NCBI GenBank assembly: GCA_946965045.2 | Contig: OX337240.1 | Location: forward strand, 1,240,001-1,304,000 | DNA: 64,000 bases | Source of the DNA: Epithemia pelagica | Taxonomy: Eukaryota > Protista > Bacillariophyta | Reading direction: 5' to 3' | Shown here: in pieces, positions 1 to 9,851 of the stretch | Numbering within the stretch: position 1 is the stretch's first letter | How the letters are laid out: every line of letters begins with the position of its first letter | Notes under the pieces: model-generated | Seen by the model: the letters and a program-made list of their open reading frames with translations, nothing else | Database searches by the model: none | What the model was told of the DNA's origin: nothing | Made by a program: the position numbers and the translations under genes

Positions 1-3000
1 GTACCATGCTCCACACGGCCTGTACCACGATTTCATCATCACCGAGCCTCCCTCAATCCAAACAACATGATGGCAATGATGGCCTCCATCAACGATCTTG
101 ACCTTGACTCCATCACACACCACCCGTGGGAGAACATCACCCTACAGGCTCTTCGAGCAACCCTCCAAGATCCAAAGGCTCTTCGTGAATCCATGCCAAA
201 AGGAGCCTCGTACCCAATCATCTGGGACTCCGGAGCGAGTATCTCCATTACAAACGACGCCAAGGACTTCATTGGAAAGATCAAGCCCTTCCCTGATCTG
301 AAAGTAAAAGGTATTGCCAATAAAATGAAGGCTGTTGGACGAGGAACTGTCCTTTGGACGGTTTTGGACACGAATGGCGCTCCACGAATGTTGAAACTTC
401 CTGCATTCCATGTACCAAAAATTTCTGTGAGATTGTTGTCAACGCAAAATCTTCTTCAGCAGTACCATGGAGAGAAAATCATTCAGGACGGTTATACACT
501 TACCTTGACTGGAATTCCAGGCGACCCTGATCGCCGAGAGGTAAATGTGATGGTAAATCCGAAGAACAATCTTCCAATGTCCTACGGATACAATTCAGAC
601 CACTTACAAACAACATCACTCGCTTTCAACAGTACTGTGAATGAAGTCGCACACCAAAACGCAAACCTCTCACCAGCACAGAAGGAACTTCTCAAATGGC
701 ATTACCGACTCGGACACATGAATCTTCTCAAGGTACAGTTTCTCATGCGAACAGGCGTTTTGGCAACAACAGAGAAAACGCGTCATTTACACACTCTCGC
801 ATCCACACTCACCGACTTACCCTTGTGCGCAGCATGTCAATTCGGGAAACAACGCAGACGAACCGAACCAGGGACGAAAACGATCATCGTCAAAGACAAA
901 CAAGGGGTTACCAAAGACGGTAACCTGCATCCAGGTCAATGCATCTCAGTAGATCATTTTGTGTGTTCTACAAAGGGGAGACGCTTTGACTCAAAGGGGA
1001 AATCAAAAATCAACGATCTTTATACAGGTGGAGCAATCTTTGTAGACCACGCTTCGGGATACACGTGGATAGGATTTCAATCCCACCTAAATACACATGA
1101 AACGCTGAGTGTTAAGGAATCCTTCGAGCTTTTCTGTAGAGAAATAGGGGTAGTACCGCTTCAATACCTAACGGACAATGGAGCAGCCTTTACCTCTAAG
1201 GATTACACCCAATCACTCCGAACATTCGCTCAAATTTCCAGATTTGCCGGAGTTGGGGCACATCATCATGCTGGCATTGCCGAACGGGCAATACAAACTA
1301 TTATGTCTATTGCTCGTACAATGATGCTCCATGCTGCAATACACTGGCCAGAATTAGCTGACCCTATGCTATGGCCCATGGCAGTATCACATGCAGTGTA
1401 CCTACATAATCATGTGCCCCGTACTGACACAGGGATTAGCCCCCACGACTTATTTACACGTGTGCGTTGGGAACAACGAAAGTTCCACGACCTACACGTG
1501 TGGGGCTGCCCAGTCTATGTCCTACAGAAATCCATTGCCGACGGGAAGAAACTACCTCGTTGGAAGCCTAGGTCTACACGTTGCCAACTCATGGGGTTAA
1601 GTAACCGCCATGCTAGTTCGGTCCCTCTGGTACTTAACCCTGACACCGGCTACATAACACCACAATTCCATGTAGTTTTCAACGATTGGTTCAGTACAAT
1701 TGCTATGACTTATGAACAATTGCCCGACTTCTTCACTTACACGTGGTATAAACTGTTCGGAGACTCCTCCTACCAATATATAGATCTCGACAACGACGAT
1801 GCTCCAAATATTGAAGCGCCTACTACTACAGATGAGGCCGCACAACAGTCCTATACACAAAGAGAATCCGATGTCGCACATGCAATTGGGACTCATCGTC
1901 CTTTTGCCGTGCTTCCATCGCCTTCCCAGCCCAGTTCCACTCCTGGCACGTTTCCTTTAACTAATCCCCGTGCTACTCCCATTGGCGCACCAGCACCCAG
2001 TTCGACACCAAGTAACAGACCCGTATCGATTTCAGCTCCCAATGAAGAACCGGTGTATCAACCATCCCCTAAGCGGATGTCCTTTTCCAATACACCCCTT
2101 CCTCAGAGGGAGAAAACTGACCAGGTCGCTGAAACCTCGCCTTCGACAACCCCTCTTTTGCCTTCTCCTACTCCCAACACTACTCCTTCCCCTGGTCCAT
2201 CTCCTCAGAGGGAGATTCGGCCTCAGAGGGAGTCCCGTCCTCGCAAATCCACTCAACCCACTTCCGGTTCCACTCCCTCTCTCGCACCAACCATCACCAC
2301 TCGTCGCTCCGGTCGGACTGTTAAACGGCCCACTCGTCTTGTAGAAGAAATAAATGTGGCTACCGTTCATCCTACTGCTCCTCCATCTGTAGATCATAGC
2401 GACCTCCTGACCGTCATGAAAGCATCTCTCTCTGATCCAGATACGCTTTCTTATGACGAAGCCATGCGAGATGGTGACATTGAAAAATGGAAAGTTGCAG
2501 CACACAAAGAAATTATGGAACTCGAAGGTAAAGGAACATGGGAAGAGGTCCCAAAATCTCAGGCAAAAACGCGGATTCTACCAGGAACTTGGGTATTTAA
2601 ACGAAAGAGAACTCCCGATGGTGAGATCCTCAAACACAAAGCCAGATATTGTGTGAGAGGAGACTTACAGGAAACGGAACAAGAAAACTACAGCCCAGTT
2701 GTTCACTGGAGCTCAATCCGTATTGTCCTCACTATCAGCTTAATCCTAGGATGGGAGCTTGCCTGCATTGATTTTAACAATGCATTTGTACAAGCTACGT
2801 TGGATGAACCTGTATGGATTCATTTACCTAGAGGATTTAGGTCTGGCAAACCTGGAGAGACCTGCCTGCGACTCATCAAGAGTCTATATGGCCTGTCTTC
2901 AGCTCCAAGGTTATGGTATACCCACCTACTAGAGGCTTTAAAGGAAGACGGATTCACCCTCAGTGCTCATGACGAGTGTTTGCTTTACAAAGACAACATC

Positions 3001-4011
3001 ATCATTTTTCTGTGGGTAGACGACTGTGGTGTCTGTGCTCCTAAAATGGAACTAATAGACGATCTAATCAAAAGACTACAAGAAAAAGGGTTATCTCTCA
3101 AGAAAGAAGGAAATCTGACTGACTACCTCGGAATAAACTTTATCCGTCATGAGAATAAATCTATTACCATGACCCAGAAAGGACTTATTGCGAAGATTAT
3201 TAAAACTACAGGACTAGAAGATTGCAACCCTAATTGGACTCCTGCAACCCAGCTGGGATTAGGCAGCGACCCAGACGGTGAACCTATGAAGGAAAGCTGG
3301 GAATATCGCTCCGTAGTAGGAATGCTCCTATACCTGGCTACCAACACTAGACCCGACATAGCTTTCGCTGTTAGTCAGGTAGCTAGATTCAGTTCAGCAC
3401 CAAAGAAATCACACGCTACCGCCATCAAGACAATTGTGCGCTACTTAGTTCGAACAAGAGACAAAGGGACTATCTTCACCCCTACTACAGATTTCAAACT
3501 AGATTGCTATGTAGATGCTGATTTTGCCGGTTTGCATGGACGTGAACCCCAAGACAATCCCGTTAGTGCTAAGTCTCGTACTGGCTATATACTAACATTT
3601 TGTGGATGCCCACTAATATGGCGTTCGCAACTCCAATCATCGGTAGCTCTTAGTACACTCCAGGCTGAGTACCATGCCCTCTCACAAGCCATGCGTAGTG
3701 TGATAGCTACCCGCCGAGTGATTGAAGAACTTTTAGGCAATCTCAAGCTGCCGTTCCCGAAGCCCACTATTTTCTCTGAAGTCTTTGAGGACAATAGTGG
3801 AGCCTTTTACCTTGCAACGAAGCAGCGGCTAACTCCAAGAACCAAGCATTTTAACACCTACCTCCACTTCTTTTGGGAGCATGTAGGCGACCACCCCGGC
3901 GGCGTGAAAGTTAGCATGGTCAGCACAGCTGACCAAAAGGCTGATTACTTTACTAAATGCCAGAATCGAGAACTTTTTGAGCGCTGCCGTAAGCTCAATC
4001 AAGGATGGTAA
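1..4011 (+). CDS. pol: Copia Pol polyprotein (protease, integrase, reverse transcriptase, RNase H); frame is open back to base 1
   Basis: Protease IIWDSGAS; integrase HYRLGH...CAAC zinc finger and SVDHF/TDNG/AERA DDE core; RT WVDD; RNase H YVDADF and EDNSGA; no stop in frame from 1 to 4011. Confidence 0.96.
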   Translation, partial: VPCSTRPVPRFHHHRASLNPNNMMAMMASINDLDLDSITHHPWENITLQALRATLQDPKALRESMPKGASYPIIWDSGASISITNDAKDFIGKIKPFPDLKVKGIANKMKAVGRGTVLWTVLDTNGAPRMLKLPAFHVPKISVRLLSTQNLLQQYHGEKIIQDGYTLTLTGIPGDPDRREVNVMVNPKNNLPMSYGYNSDHLQTTSLAFNSTVNEVAHQNANLSPAQKELLKWHYRLGHMNLLKVQFLMRTGVLATTEKTRHLHTLASTLTDLPLCAACQFGKQRRRTEPGTKTIIVKDKQGVTKDGNLHPGQCISVDHFVCSTKGRRFDSKGKSKINDLYTGGAIFVDHASGYTWIGFQSHLNTHETLSVKESFELFCREIGVVPLQYLTDNGAAFTSKDYTQSLRTFAQISRFAGVGAHHHAGIAERAIQTIMSIARTMMLHAAIHWPELADPMLWPMAVSHAVYLHNHVPRTDTGISPHDLFTRVRWEQRKFHDLHVWGCPVYVLQKSIADGKKLPRWKPRSTRCQLMGLSNRHASSVPLVLNPDTGYITPQFHVVFNDWFSTIAMTYEQLPDFFTYTWYKLFGDSSYQYIDLDNDDAPNIEAPTTTDEAAQQSYTQRESDVAHAIGTHRPFAVLPSPSQPSSTPGTFPLTNPRATPIGAPAPSSTPSNRPVSISAPNEEPVYQPSPKRMSFSNTPLPQREKTDQVAETSPSTTPLLPSPTPNTTPSPGPSPQREIRPQRESRPRKSTQPTSGSTPSLAPTITTRRSGRTVKRPTRLVEEINVATVHPTAPPSVDHSDLLTVMKASLSDPDTLSYDEAMRDGDIEKWKVAAHKEIMELEGKGTWEEVPKSQAKTRILPGTWVFKRKRTPDGEILKHKARYCVRGDLQETEQENYSPVVHWSSIRIVLTISLILGWELACIDFNNAFVQATLDEPVWIHLPRGFRSGKPGETCLRLIKSLYGLSSAPRLWYTHLLEALKEDGFTLSAHDECLLYKDNIIIFLWVDDCGVCAPKMELIDDLIKRLQEKGLSLKKEGNLTDYLGINFIRHENKSITMTQKGLIAKIIKTTGLEDCNPNWTPATQLGLGSDPDGEPMKESWEYRSVVGMLLYLATNTRPDIAFAVSQVARFSSAPKKSHATAIKTIVRYLVRTRDKGTIFTPTTDFKLDCYVDADFAGLHGREPQDNPVSAKSRTGYILTFCGCPLIWRSQLQSSVALSTLQAEYHALSQAMRSVIATRRVIEELLGNLKLPFPKPTIFSEVFEDNSGAFYLATKQRLTPRTKHFNTYLHFFWEHVGDHPGGVKVSMVSTADQKADYFTKCQNRELFERCRKLNQGW

Positions 4012-4055
4012 ACCATCATACCTTCCATGTCGCAATTCTAGCCCAATCACTCCAT

Positions 4056-4064
4056 GAGAGGGAG
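4056..4064 (+). other. Polypurine tract of copia element 1
   Basis: GAGAGGGAG 45 nt after the pol stop; same GAGGGAG core as the PPT of element 2. Confidence 0.8.
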
Positions 4065-4717
4065 AGTTACAACATAGCACATCTAGCACCATTAGATCTA
4101 GGTGTGACATAGCATGACATAGCTACGACATAGAGGAAAGCAGCTGTCCTGAAGTAAGACAGACGCTCGTGTTGCAGTTGAACGGACGAACAACAGATGG
4201 ATTTAGCTGAATAGTAACTTCACCCAGCAGTCCAGGAAGATTTATGTACTAATTATTCATATACATGCACAATGCAAGTCGCGAGCCTACACATCCGTTC
4301 ATACGAACGCAAGTTGGACGATACCTCTAGTCGTAATATCTTCTCTCTCAAATTGAGAATTACACAAAGATACCCATCGATCTTCAGATGATCTAGCAGG
4401 CCTGTTCCAAAGGTAAGTACCTTCTAGAAAGAACATTCATAAGGCCCAAACAATCAGGAGAGGTGAATACTCTCATCTAATCATGAAGAACAAAAAGAAC
4501 AAGGAAGAACTATTCTCCAAGAGAGAAATGGAGCAGCTAAGTTCTCCTTGAGATCGGAGATCGATCAGACCTGAAAATCACTTTCATGTAGATTAATCTC
4601 ACTCTTTTCTAAAACACAAAAGTTGCAAGCAACTGTTGTCTACAAAAGGAGTCAACCTATATCGTAGACCGAAGGTGAGGGCCCCATCGTCGATCCAACG
4701 TGATAGGTTGACTAACA
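4065..4717 (+). repeat. Probable 3' LTR of copia element 1; end uncertain (candidates TAACA at 4713-4717 or GTAACT at 4224-4229)
   Basis: Starts immediately after the PPT (AGTTACAAC); non-coding; the 5' LTR is not in the window, so boundaries cannot be confirmed. Confidence 0.5.
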
Positions 4718-4876
4718 TTGCTACCCAACTGAACTAACCCCGATTATCAAGTCGTTATCACACCTAGCTAGCAGATATCCTAAGTAGATCCATCATCATC
4801 TTTGAGCTTTAAATTTTTTAACTCATTCTTTTCTTCTCGGTTAGTTGCCGAAATCACGAGCAATAGGAGGAGATTC

Positions 4877-7800
4877 ATGGAAGGCGCAATGAATGAACTG
4901 AACCAGACCACGACAGCTAGTATCACACCCCAAAGTGGTTCAAACAAGTCAAACATGACGTTGCACTTGAGTCAAGCCTCCTCCTCCTCCTCCAAGGATT
5001 TAGGAAAGGACGTGACACGCAGTGGCAGTTTTGACAGTACATCAAACAAGGAACAGAAACGAAAGCAACGGCGAGTCTCGACGGAAATACGTTCCAATCT
5101 CATACTTCCGTCAGATATTGGGAATGATCCAACGTCAACCAGTCACATTGAGCGACAGGAACGATTGAGTTCGTTGACCGCCAATAAGTTGCGATTCTCT
5201 TCACTCCAACTGTTGGGACGAGAAAAAGAATTAGCCACTCTTGAAGAATGCTATGCCCAGGTATGTCAAAGCCAACAGGTAACATCAGAACAAGATTCGT
5301 CATCAACAGAAACTCGTCATCCACAAAGGGCAAGGGAACTGATTTGGATCCGAGGAAAGTCTGGAGCTGGAAAGAGTGCTTTGGTAGAAGACTTTATCAG
5401 GAAACAAGATAGAAACAATGGAAACAAACTCAATCTGGTACAAGGAAAGTTCGATTTCTTCCTTCGTGATGAGCCATTGGCTGGGTTTGCGGATGGTTTC
5501 CAATCCCTCTTTGCCGACCTATGTCAAGACGGAGACCCGTTTCGTTTACAAGAGTTGCGGTCCGCCATTATCTCTAAACTCAAGGACGACCTTATGGTCC
5601 TTTCAACCGTGATTCCAAATCTTCAACAAATAGTAGGAACCGAGGCAACTGAAGCAGCTGTCGACTATAGTGGTAGCTGTGACGATGCTGGTACAAGTGG
5701 TGATGATGACAGCATGAAGACGGGCAACAACTCCAACTTGACGGGGGCCTCAAAAGAGAACAGCCAGCGAATGAAGCATGTCTTTCGAAAACTATGCCGC
5801 ATCTTGTCGGCACACATGTCCACCCCACTTGTTATTGTTTTGGATGACGCCCAATGGGCCGACGAGACAAGTTTAGAACTGCTCGAAGTCCTCATGAATG
5901 ACCAAGACAACGCTCGTCTCATGTGTCTAGCATGTTATCGATCAGAGGAAGTGGACAGTGATCATGGAGTACAGCAACTTCGGAGAAGAATGAAGGAGAA
6001 TCCATGCTCAGGCTCAACAATCACGGACATTGAAATTGAGAATTTGTCAGTCGACCATGTCAATCGTGTTATTATGACGATACTTTCCATTGACGACGGA
6101 CAAGAAACTCTAGCATTGGCGGAGATCTGCCACAGACGTACTATGGGGAACATCTTCTTCCTTCTCCAGTTTCTTATCATGCTCAAGGAGGAACAGCTGC
6201 TCGAATTTCAATTGGGACTCTTCAAGTGGAAGTGGGACGTGGAAACGATTGAAAGCACCACAGCGGCGACGGCAAATGTCGTGGGCATGGTCACCGAACG
6301 GATGCAAAAGCTTCCTTCGCGGTGTTTCTTGGAACTGGCTGCTTGCCTGGGGTCCCATTTCCATGTTCGAACATTGACCCTTGCATGGAGTCAAGTTCCC
6401 GTGGGCCCATGCGACGATGATTTGTCGAAACGAAGCGATTTAGAGTCCATGCTTGAACTCGCGGTCCAGGAGCAGTTCATTGAGCACGTGGAAGGTGACT
6501 CCTATCGTTGGCTTCACGATAATATCCAGGAGGCGGCGTTATTGTCCATTGCAGAAGATCGTTTGCCTTCGCTAAAAGTTGAGATTGGTATGGTTCTCTT
6601 GAATTCGCTGAAGGAAGATGAACTCGAGATGGAGCTATTTGTCGTTGCAAACTTACTTACTTCATTTACTCCCAGCAATGATGCGATTGGACTTGCCACG
6701 ACTAATCTTTTCCTCAGGGCTGCTGAAAAGGCTATTTCTGTATCCGCTTTCCAGAGTGCGGCAAAATTTGCCAAGAAAGGTATAGAATGCTTACCGTCGC
6801 AAGCCTGGGAAACCTGTTTCAATCAAACCCTTCGGTTATACTCGGTGGCGACAGAGGCATGTGGGTACCTAGGGGAGTCTGATGAGATGACACAGTTTAG
6901 CACTGCAGTATTGGAGCAGCCGAAATGCTCTTTATTCGACAGGCTGCGAGTGTATTTTGTTCAGATTGACTATCTTGGTAACAATGGGAAACCCTTTGAA
7001 GCTGTGGACCTTGCTTTGGATGTGTTGAACGAACTGGGATGTCCATTTCCGAAACGAAAGGCTGTGCGCGTGGTACACGCAATGAGGGCTCTTCAAAGAT
7101 TCAAGAAGAATCCACCCACACGGCTGATACCCTTCGGAATTTACCAATGATGACTGATATCAAGAAGAAAGAGATTTTGAAAATCATTTTTCGCCTTGAA
7201 ACGGTTTTCTTTTATACAAAGCAAATATTTCTCTATACCTTGACGAACGCAACGGCGGTGGATCTTTTGCTGACCTACGGCAAGGCAGACTATTCTGGTA
7301 GTGCATTTTTCGCAGTCGGCAATGTCCTTTCAGCAATGTCAGGTGACTTGAAATATCTTACAACATGGAGCGAGTTGGCACAGCTGATGGTAGAAGTTGT
7401 TCCATCCAAGCGTCAGGAATCCAGGGTATGCTTTGCAACCAGTGCTGGACTTGTCTGGACGCGACCGCTCCATAGCTTTCCAAAGGGATTTGTTCGAGGG
7501 TACCAGATTGGAATGAAAGTAGGCGACACAGAGAGGTAAGAATCGTTTCTTGTTGATGGTTGATCAACATAGTACGATTACCATGACTCATCTCACTGTT
7601 ATTTTCCATTCCATTGTGAAGTGCCATGTGGAATTGTTGCTTCAGCCTTCACTTTGAATTCATGGCAGCAAAGCCATTGAGACTACTAATCGAGAAATCT
7701 CGTCGATTTCTGACGCAAATGAGGGAAGTGAAGCAACAACAAGCAGCCTTGATGGCAGTGTGTCAGTTGCACTTGATGGTGAAATTGGTGGGGACGAACA

Positions 7801-8480
7801 GCTCCTCACGTGGAAGCACTCTATCGTTGGATACTCGTACAATAGGGGAGCTGCGGGAGGATGAAAAAGAGTTGATTGCAGCAATCGGAACGTCGCCTGT
7901 GGCATCATTTAATGCTAGAGCAGCGACAAACATGCTTCATTCCTATTCTCGTGACTATATCAAAGGTGCCGACCTTGCCTTGAAAAGAGGGGACGAGTTT
8001 CTTCGAAACTTTCCTGCCACGCCCATCTGTATGTGGGATCATTTCCATATGTGTATGTGCCTCTCCGTGGCAGCTAAGGAAACTGGAAAAAGAAAGTACC
8101 GAAGACAAGAACAGAAGCTCCGAAAAACCATTGAACGATGGATCAAGAGCGGCAATTCCAATGTTGGCCATCATGTTGTCTTGTTAGAAGCCGAACAGTT
8201 GGCCGCTCAAAAGAAACAAAAGGATGCTGGGAAAGCCTACGTTCGGGCCATCAATTCGGCTGCTCGTGGTGGATTTCTGCAGGATGTGGCGCTTGCCAAC
8301 GAACGATATGCTGTCTTTTTACTGAATGATGTTGCGGACTTTACAAGCGCGGACTTCTACATGGAAGAAGCCATTCGACTGTACCGCGAATGGGGGGCCG
8401 ACGCTTTGGCCGACAGCCTTCAAGAGACTGGAGTGTCAAAGGCCAAGATAGATATTTCAGAGGAAATCCCAATTCCATGA
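4877..8480 (+). pseudogene. STAND NTPase (AAA_16/COG3899, SWACOS-like) with helical C-terminal region, copy 1; frameshifted by an AC duplication at 7118-7121; intron 7536-7621
   Basis: LLGREKEL, Walker A GKSGAGKS, Walker B VLDDAQWAD, GNIFF (GxP-equivalent), WLHDNIQE; collinear with intact paralog at 24099; cccACACggct here vs cccACggct in the paralog; GTAAG...GAAG intron restores TES-AMW. Confidence 0.85.
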
Positions 8481-8947
8481 TTACCCTGTAGTCTCGAGAC
8501 TGGACAAAATTCCTTGTACCCATGTGACAAATACGTATTCGATTCGGCAGTTTGGCTTGATAAGCATGTCGCCGGTCGTGGAACTACGGTCACTGATACA
8601 TGCACGACCTTTGGGCCTCGCTAAAGGCTCGTGCCAATGTGTTCACGTCCACCAAAAGGCGATCTGAGTGCAGAAGTCGCTCTGAAAGGGAGCCGTTCGA
8701 TGTATAATGGAAGGCGGCGATCTTAACCATAGTGCTCTATGTCTAATGCTCAATGCCTCGTTCCTTGTGATCCGTTCTCCAGCAACCTATTTCGTCACTT
8801 TATCTGTTTGGTCGTCGTAGTGCGCTTATTCAGGCCTCCACCAAAGTTGCAAGAGGCACAGACCACAAACACAAACGTCTCCTTTGAAAACAAAGAACTC
8901 CATCTGTAATGTATCTCATGCGAAATGCTCCTCGCGCCATAGCCTGA

Positions 8948-9548
8948 TCAATCGGACTTTTTGTCCATGGAGCTCTTTTCCTTTCTCCATTCCAAAAGTT
9001 CCAGCACAAAGGATATTGCAAACATTGGGGCCAAAAAGCCCCATATGGAAGCAAACAGCACACCGTGCACATCCGCGCTACCGTCCACTGGCAAAATCAT
9101 ACAATGTGGGTGCAAAGCAAGAGTGGCGTGCAAACCAGGTGAATCAACGACACTGTTTGTCTCATTCGTTGGACCAAGACAAGAACAAACGTACCTCCAA
9201 CCTCTTTGTGTTGCTGCATTTCTTTCAAAAGCGGCATCATGGACACATAGTGGACACGACAAACGCCACGACGACCGATGCCGCGCCCAGGGCCCGCACC
9301 AGTGGTTGCGTGGAGAAAAAGCCTAGGACAATCAAGAGGATGGAAAAGAGGGTTTTGCTCACACCCGTCCAGTACGAGTACAACAACAGGAGCCGTCGAA
9401 CCTTCATGTCGTCACTGGTTTCGATCCAACCACGCATGTTGCCAAAGTAAATGGCATCTTGTGTTTCGACGAAGGCGATACACAGAACAGCGGCGTACAG
9501 TTCAAGGATGCCCATGCCAACGGCGGCACATGTGAAGAGTCGAGTCAT
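8948..9548 (-). pseudogene. Small multi-pass membrane protein, apparently frameshifted (extra dinucleotide at 9254-9257), intron 9088-9194
   Basis: Hydrophobic helices in ORFs 9237-9548 and 8948-9262. Removing 2 nt and splicing GTACGT...TTGCCAG gives continuous ...AFVVHYVSMMPLLKEMQQHKEVG/VDGSADVHGVLFASIWGFLAPMFAISFVLELL... Confidence 0.55.
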
Positions 9549-9851
9549 GTTCGTTCTGATTCGTTGGATGCATGGATACTGAATCTAATCTGAAGCTTTT
9601 GGAGGATCTTTTGGTTACGCTGAGCCCATTAGTACTCCATCCCAGTTGCCAATCGGCAGACGCGCTTTGGTCCCGTCTTCATACGGCAGCAAAAGTTCCG
9701 AGAGTTACTCCAGATGGGTTTCCATTCTTTTGCTGCCATTCACGTCGTCTCGTCGTTGTCCCTCGTTTTCTGCATCTTTTCCAACAAGTAGAGAGGGTGA
9801 TTCTCAAACGAACGTGGGTGTATCTACAGTCAAGATCATCGAAGCACTAAA

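Larger units (their letters stand above)
1..4717 (+). mobile_element. Ty1/copia (CoDi-like) LTR retrotransposon 1, 5' part outside window; right boundary uncertain
   Basis: Pol with copia domain order PR-IN-RT-RH, followed by a polypurine tract GAGAGGGAG (4056-4064) and non-coding LTR-like DNA. Confidence 0.9.
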
